A stretch of 61,911 nucleotides of DNA from an uncultured Candidatus Saccharibacteria bacterium (GCA_964463635.1 CAYXCB010000003.1:1-61911); one strand, 5' to 3'. Positions 1-8,969 are shown, numbered from the stretch's first letter. The notes: generated by a model from the letters alone, not told the origin. Numbers and translations: made by a program.

Positions 1-7
1 CTGTACT

Positions 8-70
8 GCCCAACCATCCGTTTAACGCCGACGGGCCGCGAGCGGCCCGCGGGTTAACGGCACGTTAGGT
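8..70 (+). mobile_element. Integron attC recombination site
   Basis: R'' GCCCAAC (8-14, RYYYAAC), 5-nt spacer, L'' GTTTAAC, GC-rich central hairpin (CGGGCCGC GA GCGGCCCG), L' GGTTAAC, 5-nt spacer, R' GTTAGGT (64-70, GTTRRRY); an ATG follows 13 nt later. Confidence 0.8.
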
Positions 71-83
71 CTGCGAGAACCTC

Positions 84-653
84 ATGCATCCCATTGGAGC
101 CGTCTTCGACTACCCGTATCGACAGCTCCAAGCTATTTGCGATGGCGCGCGAATCGCGTCTGTATCGAATCCAATCGCTCGGAGCTACGCAAAGCTCACG
201 ACCAACTGGAGCGAGTCATTGAACTCTGAGTGGACCTGCAGAGCGTACCTCGCCACAAAGATGATTCTGAACGCGACCGCACTTCTGAACAGTCTCGAGT
301 TCGCCAAACGTTCAGGTCTTCGCGCTGCAAACCCTTACTTTGAGTACTACGCAGCTTTCTCCCTGCTACGTGGCCTCATTTGCACATTGCCAACGCAAGA
401 ATGGAAATCAGGCGAACTCACAAGCATTTCACATGTGAAGGCAATCAATGTTGCCTTTGACTGGTTTCTTGTCCTCTTCTGGATGATCTTTGGCGTGCCC
501 AGGCTCATCTTCCGGCCGTACTCGCGTCATATCAAAGGTCGGCTTCAGCACTATAAGATAGCCGGAATCATGCAGCTGCTTGTACATGTCTTCGTTCTCC
601 GGCACGTAACCGATGAACATAAAGGCTTTTGTCACGCCGTATTTGTCGCCTAG
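84..653 (+). CDS. Hypothetical gene-cassette protein; only the 5' ~360-380 nt look genuine, the rest is antisense NYN sequence
   Basis: ATG right after attC; beyond ~444-467 the frame is the reverse complement of the NYN gene. Confidence 0.45.
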   Translation: MHPIGAVFDYPYRQLQAICDGARIASVSNPIARSYAKLTTNWSESLNSEWTCRAYLATKMILNATALLNSLEFAKRSGLRAANPYFEYYAAFSLLRGLICTLPTQEWKSGELTSISHVKAINVAFDWFLVLFWMIFGVPRLIFRPYSRHIKGRLQHYKIAGIMQLLVHVFVLRHVTDEHKGFCHAVFVA

Positions 654-764
654 GAACTCTCGGAATTTGCGCCAGTCCATCTTCCAGCCGAACTTCTGGA
701 CCGTAACATTCAGGTTCTGACTATCAATAAAAGCATAAACGCCCTTATCTTTAGGTCTTCTCAT
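429..764 (-). pseudogene. NYN/LabA-like domain protein, C-terminally truncated
   Basis: YAFIDSQNL first motif and KGNID motif present; ORF stops 4 codons after KGNID and lacks the C-terminal SGDGDF-type half. Confidence 0.75.
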
Positions 765-784
765 GCCTTAATAATACCATTCGT

Positions 785-1501
785 TCATCGATATTCGGGA
801 TTCTCAAAATCAAATCTTGAGCCCGCGTCCCACTTGGATCTTTGATTACCGTAGGCCGGGATGCCGCCATTGTCTTTTAGCATCTTCGCTATATGCATCA
901 AATTCCAAGCCATAAATGTCGTATTGCGGTTAGTGAAATCATTGTCTGGTCCGCCCGAACCTTTGTCCAAATAGCTTGGTCCCGGCCCGGCTTCGCCGAT
1001 CCAGCCAGCATCGGCTTGGGGCGGGATGACGTAGCCAACGTGTTGCAAACTATAGAGCACATTCATGGCGCAGTGCTTTATGCCGTCTTCATTACCAGTA
1101 ATGATGCAGCCGCCTACTTTTCCATAGAACGCGTACTGCCCTTCTTTGTTCAGCTCGCTAGAGTTGCCATATAGACGCTCAATTACCTTTTTCATCTCGC
1201 TGCTGTTGTCGCCCAACCAGATCGGCCCGCATAGAACTAAAATATCGGCAGCCATAACTTTTTTATAGATTTCAGGCCATTCATCAGTTTTCCAGCCCTG
1301 CTCGCGCATATCCGGATAGACGCCCGTAGCTAGGTCGTGGTCAATCGCCCGGATCAGCTCAGTTTTAACACCGTGCTTTTCCATTATCATTTGGCTGACT
1401 TTAATCAAGCCTTCGGTATTACTAGTTTCCGGAGACTTTTTGAGCGTACAGTTAATGAAAAGCGCTCTTAAGCCGCTAAAATCCCACAACTTCCCAGCCA
1501 T
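785..1501 (-). CDS. Flavodoxin-family / NAD(P)H-dependent FMN reductase-like protein
   Basis: NCTLKKSP..SNT, ADILVLCGPIWLG, GKVGGCIITGNEDG motifs. Confidence 0.85.
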   Translation of the reverse strand: MAGKLWDFSGLRALFINCTLKKSPETSNTEGLIKVSQMIMEKHGVKTELIRAIDHDLATGVYPDMREQGWKTDEWPEIYKKVMAADILVLCGPIWLGDNSSEMKKVIERLYGNSSELNKEGQYAFYGKVGGCIITGNEDGIKHCAMNVLYSLQHVGYVIPPQADAGWIGEAGPGPSYLDKGSGGPDNDFTNRNTTFMAWNLMHIAKMLKDNGGIPAYGNQRSKWDAGSRFDFENPEYR

Positions 1502-1529
1502 GCTTCTCCTTTTTTATATCTTCGTTGGT

Positions 1530-1907
1530 TTACATTGCATTGCCAAGACAGAGAATGTTTCCCGATGGGTCTTTAAACCAGGCCGCTTTCATTGGACCCA
1601 TAACATGGACGTCGCCCTCAAGAGCCACACCTGGCATATTCTCATAATGCTCGAAGGTCACACCCTTACCTTTTAAGTCCGCTACAACTGCTTCGATATC
1701 ATCAACCTCCCAAGAAGCAGCATTTGCCTGGTTAGTACCGGCGTATTCCGAAGGATAAACAAATATTTTGCTATTGCCGCTCTTGTACGTGATGCCACCG
1801 GGGTTTTCGTCTACTTTTTGCAGACCGACTGTGTTTTCGTAAAAATCTTTTGATGTGTTTAAGTCCTTTACTGCCACTATGGCATGGACATTGCTACTTC
1901 CCAACAT
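1530..1907 (-). CDS. VOC/glyoxalase/bleomycin-resistance family protein
   Basis: AVKDL..SKDFY, WEVDDIEA, AWFKDPSGNIL; start moved to ATG 1907, which follows a GGAGG RBS. Confidence 0.85.
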   Translation of the reverse strand: MLGSSNVHAIVAVKDLNTSKDFYENTVGLQKVDENPGGITYKSGNSKIFVYPSEYAGTNQANAASWEVDDIEAVVADLKGKGVTFEHYENMPGVALEGDVHVMGPMKAAWFKDPSGNILCLGNAM

Positions 1908-2079
1908 ACGCACCTCCTCATTTAGCTTACATACCCATAATAGCACTAAATAGCAGTTTGCAATTCCACGGCACACCCCCCTGAAAGTAACATTTCCAGG
2001 TCAGCCATCCATGTATAAATACCATGCTATAGCTTGATATTTATACATAAGTTAGGTTTACGAGGTTGTAAGAAAGGAT

Positions 2080-2325
2080 TTATTTTTGCCAGAAACTGCG
2101 GATGCTTTTCATCAGCAATGTTGAGATGAAATATCCTGCTGCTGGCACTAAAGCATTGATAAATGGCTGATCATTGTTAGTGACTAGTAAATAGCAGGCT
2201 ACAATAAAATAAGTAAGCGCGGTGATTGAAATCCGCCGAATAAAACTAGTTTCCCAGGCCTTATCTTGTTCTACCCTTTCGTTACGCTCTTCGATTGCCG
2301 CTACTCGACTTTCTAAATCATTCAT
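2080..2325 (-). CDS. Small two-TM membrane protein
   Basis: 81-aa ORF, ERNERVEQDKAWETS N-terminus and two hydrophobic segments. Confidence 0.7.
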   Translation of the reverse strand: MNDLESRVAAIEERNERVEQDKAWETSFIRRISITALTYFIVACYLLVTNNDQPFINALVPAAGYFISTLLMKSIRSFWQK

Positions 2326-2346
2326 ATTATCTCAATCATAGCATTC

Positions 2347-3216
2347 CTAGGAACGGAGTACCGCGATTCCAATAACACCAATAAAAGTCATGACTATTCC
2401 TACGTATTTTCTATAATGAAGCCTCTCGGAAAATGCAAAACGAGCCAAAATTACCGTTAACGCACCATTAGCCCCTGTTATTGGTGATGCTATTGAAGCG
2501 GGTGCGTATGAAAAGCTCAGCCACAAAAAACCTGTCCCAATAATGTTGAATAAACCGCCTAGAATCGCAAATTTATAGGTGTTTAACTTATCGACAGTGC
2601 TACGTATAGATTTCACAAGTTGTTGATTCTCAATCCGCAGATAAGCAATTGCAATAGGTATTTGTACAAACCCAAGCATGAATAAAAAACTAAAGTCTCC
2701 TGATCTATTGATAAATCCTTTTGATAGCGTATCTGACAATCCTATACAAATTGCTGCAATAAACGGCCAAATAGCTTCTTTGCGCAGCTTGAATTCGTTT
2801 GGCTTAATTTTTTTCGGTGCGCTTGAAAGCAAGCTGCCAGCGATAGTCAATATCACAAATAGTATTAGTCCGCCTGACAATAATTCATGATTGAAAATCC
2901 TCGAAAAAATAACCGTATACACCGGATAACTGGCAAGCACTGTTGCCGTTACGGCCAACTCACCTTTTGATAAAGCAAAGAAGACTATTGCCTCAGATAA
3001 AATCGCAGAGATTATCGCGAAAACTAATGCCCCAACAAAATTGTCAGCTAGAGAAATACCCATTATCAATGCAAGCGGAACCCATAGAATTAAGCCAAGT
3101 ACCGCATCAAAGAAAAATGCGACAGACGGATTGAGCTCTTTAAAGCTTTTGCGTAAAGAAATTTGTGAAAAGGCGATGAAAATAGCACAGAATACCGCCA
3201 GAATTACGCCAATCAT
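2347..3216 (-). CDS. EamA/DMT family transporter
   Basis: ~10 hydrophobic helices in two repeats; FALSKGELAV..V, ASIASPI, F.ERL motifs. Confidence 0.85.
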   Translation of the reverse strand: MIGVILAVFCAIFIAFSQISLRKSFKELNPSVAFFFDAVLGLILWVPLALIMGISLADNFVGALVFAIISAILSEAIVFFALSKGELAVTATVLASYPVYTVIFSRIFNHELLSGGLILFVILTIAGSLLSSAPKKIKPNEFKLRKEAIWPFIAAICIGLSDTLSKGFINRSGDFSFLFMLGFVQIPIAIAYLRIENQQLVKSIRSTVDKLNTYKFAILGGLFNIIGTGFLWLSFSYAPASIASPITGANGALTVILARFAFSERLHYRKYVGIVMTFIGVIGIAVLRS

Positions 3217-3250
3217 AGTACTTCAATCATGCGGCTTCTGGATAAGTTTT

Positions 3251-3859
3251 TCATACTTCTGCTATTACTCTTGCGGGTGAACCGTCAATATCGAGTTTTA
3301 ACGGCAAGGCGTAGACTTTAAATTCTTTGCCGGAGAGTTCACCTAAGTTAGTGAGATTTTCTATAATTAAAACACCCGCACCAAGCAAGATTTTGTGAAT
3401 CGGAAATCCATCAATATTATCTACACTACAAGTATCAACTCCAACCATTCTTACTTTGCGATCGACTAAATACTTTGCTATTTCTTCAGACATTGCTGGG
3501 TAATCTTCAAAATAAACTGGGTCGTAATATTTGTCACTCATGCCAGTATGAAAAAGTACTATGTCCCCTGCTTGCAAGTTAGCTTGTTTAACAGTCTCCA
3601 AAACAAAAGAATTTGCTACTGCAATATACTTACCAGGACCTACAAATTGCTCTATATGTAATTTATCTAGGGTTAAGCCGCCAGAAATCATATGAGCAGG
3701 CGCATCAATATGAGTGCCGACATGAGTCCCCATTGAGATATAGTGGTCGGCATAGCCATCCTTTTCTAAAACTCCAGCAGGTTCAATCTTTGTTGCCGGA
3801 TCGCCAGGATACACCGGTGTAGCTTCATTCAGTTTTACAGAAAGATCAATCAGTTTCAT
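3251..3859 (-). CDS. Cyclase family (kynurenine formamidase-like) metallohydrolase
   Basis: DLS..PVYPGDP, HVGTHIDAPAH, IIENLTNL, DGSPAR. Confidence 0.9.
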   Translation of the reverse strand: MKLIDLSVKLNEATPVYPGDPATKIEPAGVLEKDGYADHYISMGTHVGTHIDAPAHMISGGLTLDKLHIEQFVGPGKYIAVANSFVLETVKQANLQAGDIVLFHTGMSDKYYDPVYFEDYPAMSEEIAKYLVDRKVRMVGVDTCSVDNIDGFPIHKILLGAGVLIIENLTNLGELSGKEFKVYALPLKLDIDGSPARVIAEV

Positions 3860-3876
3860 AAATCAATCATAGCATT

Positions 3877-4410
3877 TTACTGTACTAAGTTTTTGTATGC
3901 TTCGGTGGCTTTATCGAGTTCAAATACAAGCGATGGAACATATATATGCGGGTGATTCACTGCGTGCGCTCGCAAATCTGCCGGCGCCCAGTCTTGAAAA
4001 TCATCAACTTCTATTTTATCTGCGATCGGAATCTGATCCGTAAATCCTATATAGAGACATGACAAACGCCTGCGTTCTTCGCCTGACTCTCCGGGAAAAG
4101 TGTTTATGAACTTATCTACGAAATGAAGTTTTATATTTTCTAAGCCTGTTTCTTCCTTAACGCCCCTGGACGCAGCGGCGTCCGCAGACTCGCCTGCACT
4201 TACCCCCTCACAAACAGAAATGTCCCATAGGCCCCCGTATTGTTTTTTCACCTTTGGGCGTAGCTGAGTCCAGACTCTTCCAAGCGAGTTAAATAGAAAC
4301 ACTAAAGCATTCTGAGTTGGAAGGTTGTCTCGCTCCGCTTCCTCGCGTGTAGCTGACCCTATAACATTTCCGTTCGGGTCTAAAATATCAACTATTTCGC
4401 CGTTGTTCAT
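3877..4410 (-). CDS. NUDIX hydrolase (IPP isomerase-like)
   Basis: EIVDILD N-terminus, GLWD, Nudix box GVSAGES..AASRGVKEETGL. Confidence 0.8.
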   Translation of the reverse strand: MNNGEIVDILDPNGNVIGSATREEAERDNLPTQNALVFLFNSLGRVWTQLRPKVKKQYGGLWDISVCEGVSAGESADAAASRGVKEETGLENIKLHFVDKFINTFPGESGEERRRLSCLYIGFTDQIPIADKIEVDDFQDWAPADLRAHAVNHPHIYVPSLVFELDKATEAYKNLVQ

Positions 4411-4474
4411 CTTGATTCAATCATAACATTTCAAGTGTGGTATACGATTGTGTGAACTAGAGCTCTGGAAAAAG

Positions 4475-4600
4475 TTACAAGCCTTTTCGGAAAGGTTTCG
4501 TCAGATTTGGTTTGGGTACCACAATTCTGCCCGATCTTTGGCTCATGCGATACGTCCGTGATTTGTTAGCCTTAACAATTTTTGGCGTATTCTTATTCAT
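4475..4600 (-). CDS. Putative 41-aa basic small protein (MNKNTPKIVKANKSRTYRMSQRSGRIVVPKPNLTKPFRKGL)
   Basis: ATG 3 nt after the upstream stop; translated by hand, below the ORF-track cutoff. Confidence 0.35.
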   Translation of the reverse strand: MNKNTPKIVKANKSRTYRMSQRSGRIVVPKPNLTKPFRKGL

Positions 4601-4603
4601 ACC

Positions 4604-5104
4604 TTAATTATACACAAATAACGCTCCCAGTCCTAAGCTGAACCCAACCAGAAAGATGATAATCGCGTACCGGAAAAGATTCTGCTTATCGTCTAATATT
4701 TTGAGGTTATTGTCGTTCGCGTTATTGGCATCTTCGATCAGCTGTGCTAATAGCACCTTATTATTCAGAGAAAAGTACTCCTTGTGCTCGTTTAAATCCA
4801 CGACAGCGCCTAGATATTCCCGGCCTCGGGTTAAGTAAATCACTAAAAAGACAACTAAAACCATGACACCCATGGAAGCAATGGCCCACGGTTGCAAACT
4901 GCCAGTGTTGCCTTTAATCAAAGTGCCTAGTAAGGCGACAATTACCAACGCGGCTGCCATGAGATTATTGGCTTTGCTATCGGTAGCGTTATCAGCAGTT
5001 TGTATAACCTGAGTTTGCGCCAGAACACTCGACAGCAAACCCCCAAGCCCCTCGCTATTTTCCGTCCAAGCTAGAACAGCATCCCGTTTAACTTCCTTAC
5101 TCAT
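4604..5104 (-). CDS. Three-TM protein resembling Pycsar effector (DUF5706-like) family
   Basis: D-S-K-A before TM1, TM2, soluble loop, N..IL.DK before C-terminal TM3. Confidence 0.5.
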   Translation of the reverse strand: MSKEVKRDAVLAWTENSEGLGGLLSSVLAQTQVIQTADNATDSKANNLMAAALVIVALLGTLIKGNTGSLQPWAIASMGVMVLVVFLVIYLTRGREYLGAVVDLNEHKEYFSLNNKVLLAQLIEDANNANDNNLKILDDKQNLFRYAIIIFLVGFSLGLGALFVYN

Positions 5105-5114
5105 AACACCTCAA

Positions 5115-5669
5115 TCATAGCAGTTTATTTCTCTTAGCTTTTAGATATTCGTTATGCGTCATGTAGGATTTTGTGTCTTTGACATGGTCAACAAATAATA
5201 TTCCGTTCAAATGATCAACCTCATGTTGGATTACCTGGGCTTTTAAGCCTTTATGTCTTTGCTCGTGCAGTTTGCCTGCCTGGTCCAGATATTTAACTTT
5301 TACTTCAGGGTATCTTGGAACTTTTGCAAATAGATCGGCTTTGCCATTGCTGCCCGCGCTGATACAGCCTTCCCATAACTGCTTCTGACGGCCCATGGTT
5401 TCAGTAATTTCCGGATTTATAAGTATCAGATCAAATGGCTTTACTTTTGGCCTTAGTTTGGAAGAACGAATCGCAATTACAACCAACGCAATACTTTTGC
5501 CGACTTGTGGCGCGGCCAAGCCAATGCCTAGCTTTTTAGAAACAAGCGTATGCCGCATATTATCAATCAGCTGTTTGGCAGCTTTGGTTGCAATTTCCTT
5601 GCCCGTGAGTTGTTGAGCTTTTCCCCGCAAAATTGGATCGCCAAACTGCGTCCTCTTTAACTCCTTCAT
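5115..5669 (-). CDS. def: Peptide deformylase
   Basis: GIGLAAPQVG, EGCIS, QHEVDHLNG. Confidence 0.95.
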   Translation of the reverse strand: MKELKRTQFGDPILRGKAQQLTGKEIATKAAKQLIDNMRHTLVSKKLGIGLAAPQVGKSIALVVIAIRSSKLRPKVKPFDLILINPEITETMGRQKQLWEGCISAGSNGKADLFAKVPRYPEVKVKYLDQAGKLHEQRHKGLKAQVIQHEVDHLNGILFVDHVKDTKSYMTHNEYLKAKRNKLL

Positions 5670-5684
5670 TGGTCAGTCATATTA

Positions 5685-7064
5685 CTAACCCAATTTGGAT
5701 AGAAGCTCATCAATTTTCACACGTTCCTGCTTAGTGGTGTCGCGGTTGCGGATTGTTACCGTGTCGTCTTCCAGGGTGTCGAAGTCGATGACGACGCAGT
5801 ACGGAGTGCCGATTTCGTCCTGGCGGCGGTAACGTTTGCCAATATTTCCATTGTCATCAAATTCGACCATCATTTCCTTGCTTAGCATCTCGTAAACTTC
5901 CCTAGCCTTCTTGACAAGCCCAGGTTTGTTTTTCAGTAAAGGAAATACTGCCGCCTTGATTGGCGCAATACTTGGGTCAAGCTTCAGAACAGTACGGGTT
6001 TCACCGTTAATTTCTTCCTCGTGATAGGCATCCGTAAGCACAGCCAGGAACATGCGACCCACGCCAACCGAACTTTCAATAATATGGGGCAGGTATCGCT
6101 TCTCGGTCGCGGAATCAAAGTAGCTTAAATCTTTGCCACTACCCTTTTGATGTTGTGTCAGGTCGTAATCTCCACGGGCGTGCACACCCTCTAACTCCTT
6201 AAAGCCGAATGGATACTTATACTCGATATCGTAGGCTTCTTTGGCATAAAAAACTAAATTCTCGTGCTTCTGCCACCGCAGATTTTTTTCGTCAATACCA
6301 ATCGTCTTGTAGAAATCCCAACGATACTGACGCAGTTTTTCATACTCTTCCATCTCAACTTCAGGCTGCGTAAAGAATTGCATTTCCATTTGTTCGAGTT
6401 CGCGGGTACGGAAAATAAACTGGCGCGGGCTGATTTCGTTGCGGAAGGCCTTGCCAATTTGGGCAATACCGAATGGAACCTTAACACGTGTACTGTCGAC
6501 AACGTTCGGGAAGTTTACATAAATACCTTGGCAAGTTTCGCCGCGCAAATAACTAGGATTGTCGTCGAAGTCATCGCTGAAGTTACCGAGATTAGATTTA
6601 ACAAGCAGGTTAAAGTTTTTGACTTCACCCCACTCATTCTTGCCGCAATTAGGACATTTAATGTCGTCTCGATGTTTATCAAAAAGTTTGTTGAGCTGAT
6701 CTTCAGTCATTTTTTCATCAGCTTTTTCGCCTAGTTCTTCTAGAGCATGGTCAGCTCGAATGCGCTGGTGGCAGTTTTTACACTCAACCAGCGGATCGCT
6801 GAATCCGCTCACGTGCCCGCTGGCCTCCCATATGGCCGGATGCATGAAGATACCACTATCAAGCCCGACAATATCCTGACGCAGCTGAACCATGTATTTC
6901 CACCAGGCATTCTTAAGATTGTTAGCTAGCTCTACTCCATAAGGTCCGTAATCATAAACGCCTGCAAAGCCGCCATAGATTTCACTGCTCTGAAACACAA
7001 ACCCGCGGCGCTTGGCCAAAGAGACAATCTCCTCCATAGAAACAGCTGATTTTTCTTCGCTCAT
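5685..7064 (-). CDS. glyQS: Glycine--tRNA ligase (alpha2 type)
   Basis: KRRGFVFQSSEIYGG, LRGETCQG, GKAFRNEISP, IGKRYRRQDEIGTP. Confidence 0.97.
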   Translation of the reverse strand: MSEEKSAVSMEEIVSLAKRRGFVFQSSEIYGGFAGVYDYGPYGVELANNLKNAWWKYMVQLRQDIVGLDSGIFMHPAIWEASGHVSGFSDPLVECKNCHQRIRADHALEELGEKADEKMTEDQLNKLFDKHRDDIKCPNCGKNEWGEVKNFNLLVKSNLGNFSDDFDDNPSYLRGETCQGIYVNFPNVVDSTRVKVPFGIAQIGKAFRNEISPRQFIFRTRELEQMEMQFFTQPEVEMEEYEKLRQYRWDFYKTIGIDEKNLRWQKHENLVFYAKEAYDIEYKYPFGFKELEGVHARGDYDLTQHQKGSGKDLSYFDSATEKRYLPHIIESSVGVGRMFLAVLTDAYHEEEINGETRTVLKLDPSIAPIKAAVFPLLKNKPGLVKKAREVYEMLSKEMMVEFDDNGNIGKRYRRQDEIGTPYCVVIDFDTLEDDTVTIRNRDTTKQERVKIDELLSKLG

Positions 7065-7113
7065 ATTAGGGGTGATTATACCGCAAACTCCACCTCATAA
7101 CCACTCTTAAACT

Positions 7114-7151
7114 ATTCTAATTTTCCTTACTATAGTATACATTATTAGAAT
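7114..7151. repeat. 38-bp symmetric site A, ATTCTAAT-N6-TACTATAGTA-N6-ATTAGAAT, overlapping the start codon
   Basis: Outer 8-bp arms and central 10-bp palindrome read directly from the sequence. Confidence 0.85.
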
Positions 7152-7731
7152 GAGCAGCAAGGAAAATACTGAAAGAATAATAGATGCTTCCTTACGATTG
7201 CTGGTAACTAGTAGTGCAATTGGGGCTGGTTTGGTTTTGCCTAACCTGCTTGTGGCCTTGGATAAGCCGCTGGATAAGTACTTCAAGCATCTGGATCACC
7301 GAGAACGAGAACGCGAGGCTAAAAGAATCATCTACTATATGAAATCACGCGGCCTGATCGCTGGCGAATACGAGTTCGGTCTAAACATCACCAAGAAAGG
7401 TAGCGAGGCCTTAGCGAAGTTAGATTTTGAACATGTGGCCATTAACAGTCCGGCAGTCTGGGATAAAACTTGGCGTATCATTTTTTATGATATCCCAGAG
7501 GAACATAGGCCTGGACGTAATTCTCTAACGGCTAAGCTGCGTGCGATAGGTTTTTTTCAACTACAAAAGAGCGTCTGGATACATCCTTTTCCCTGCCGAG
7601 GTGTAATCGAAAAGATTACAACCAATTTTGAGATTGAAAAATTTGTCAGCTATGTGGAAACTCTGCATCTAGACAACGAGGCGATTCTAATCAAACGCTT
7701 CCAAAAACATTTACCCAATACTAAATTCTAA
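7150..7731 (+). CDS. PaaX-like / Cas2-like (ferredoxin-fold) protein with N-terminal wHTH-like region
   Basis: ITKKG, WDKTWRIIFYDIPE..R..R..L..IGFFQLQKSVWIHPF; no CRISPR array or other cas genes in the window. Confidence 0.8.
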   Translation: MSSKENTERIIDASLRLLVTSSAIGAGLVLPNLLVALDKPLDKYFKHLDHREREREAKRIIYYMKSRGLIAGEYEFGLNITKKGSEALAKLDFEHVAINSPAVWDKTWRIIFYDIPEEHRPGRNSLTAKLRAIGFFQLQKSVWIHPFPCRGVIEKITTNFEIEKFVSYVETLHLDNEAILIKRFQKHLPNTKF

Positions 7732-7762
7732 TAAATCATACTATAGTTTGATTTATTAGAAT
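7725..7762. repeat. 38-bp symmetric site B, ATTCTAAT-AAATCA-TACTATAGTT-TGATTT-ATTAGAAT, overlapping the stop codon
   Basis: Near-perfect palindrome (one mismatch); same arms, core and spacing as site A. Confidence 0.9.
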
Positions 7763-7774
7763 GGTTCTCTCGAT

Positions 7775-8245
7775 TTATGAATCAAAGTCTATCTGTCCGA
7801 TTTCAACTGGCATTAAGCCCGGATCATAAATTTCATTCCCATTAGAGGTTTGTACTCTTAAGGAATAGAGTCCTGCCCGAAACGCGTGGTCGACAATTGC
7901 TCCATAGACACGATCTGTGTGATTGCCACCTGGAAAGTGATGCATATCCGCTACTGCAAACCCAGTATGCTGAGCTATATTGCATAGCAAGTAAAACCTC
8001 TTGCTGAGTGAAATTTTGATTATTTGATTAGCTGTAAAGGTAATTGGCTCAGTGCCATCCCATGGTTTTAGCTCAGCCCTAAGCAATTCGTAAATAGGGT
8101 TGCTCTTATCATCTAGCGACAGCCTACCTATTAATCGAGGTGCTCGTAAGACTGTTCGCTCGCCAATCAGCTGAGGCTCAACAGCATCAAATAGTTCATC
8201 TTCGGGTGGCTGGGGCTCGGTTTCATTTGTTGACACAAGATACAA
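7775..8245 (-). CDS. Hypothetical protein
   Basis: 156-aa ORF filling the gap; no recognised motif. Confidence 0.55.
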   Translation of the reverse strand: MYLVSTNETEPQPPEDELFDAVEPQLIGERTVLRAPRLIGRLSLDDKSNPIYELLRAELKPWDGTEPITFTANQIIKISLSKRFYLLCNIAQHTGFAVADMHHFPGGNHTDRVYGAIVDHAFRAGLYSLRVQTSNGNEIYDPGLMPVEIGQIDFDS

Positions 8246-8276
8246 GATTACTCCTGTGGACCCAAAGATGCAACAG

Positions 8277-8969
8277 CTAATTATATAGGTAAAGCTTGGC
8301 CATAGACCGCACTAACTGGAGGGCTTCGACGGAAACTTTTTCTGAACCCTCGACTTTGCTCAGGATCGACGGCTGGCTAGCCGCACTCGACAGGCGCAGG
8401 AATTTAATTAGTTTGGCGTCAGAGCTGCCTTGCTCTCTTTCAGCAAAGGCCATATCGTCAAAACTAAACACATATGATTTATTGATCTCGAGTTTATGAC
8501 CGGATTTGTCGGTTGTGAGGTTTGGCATATGGCCAGTTAATTTTAACAGCTGCATATCAAACCACAGTTCAGTTAATTCCAGTGGCACATCCGCGTTATC
8601 CAACCCCTCCAATGCTGAAACTATCAGGTCAAAATACTCCCGCTCTACGACTTCTTCAGTTATTTTATTGATCTGCTTCAGCAGCTCATAGCCGAACATT
8701 GTCCGGTTGATGTCTTTCACAATGTCGCCATAGTGCGTCTTGAGGCGAGTTGAGATGAGTGTATGCAGATCCCGCTTGCCTGGAATATAGGTAATGTCGC
8801 CTACACTAAATAATTCTATGCCCCCGGCCATTTTGGATTTGGATTTGCGCACGCCTTTGGCTATAACCCTGACTTTGCCATGGTCAGGCGTCAGTAAAGT
8901 CACAATCCGGTCGGCTTCCTGATAATTAGTCCGCGCCAACACCAACCCAGTAGTGACGATAGTTTTCAT
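8277..8969 (-). CDS. recO: DNA repair protein RecO
   Basis: GLVL..TNYQEADRIVTLLT..HGKV..IAKGVRK.KSK. Confidence 0.95.
   Translation of the reverse strand: MKTIVTTGLVLARTNYQEADRIVTLLTPDHGKVRVIAKGVRKSKSKMAGGIELFSVGDITYIPGKRDLHTLISTRLKTHYGDIVKDINRTMFGYELLKQINKITEEVVEREYFDLIVSALEGLDNADVPLELTELWFDMQLLKLTGHMPNLTTDKSGHKLEINKSYVFSFDDMAFAEREQGSSDAKLIKFLRLSSAASQPSILSKVEGSEKVSVEALQLVRSMAKLYLYN

Noticed and set aside
1992-2006. ATTTCCAGG half-site resembling the type A REP
   Set aside because: No complementary arm; could be chance
7150-7731. CRISPR-Cas locus suggested by the Cas2-like and Cas4-like proteins
   Set aside because: No repeat-spacer array or cas1 is visible, and the two genes are 32 kb apart
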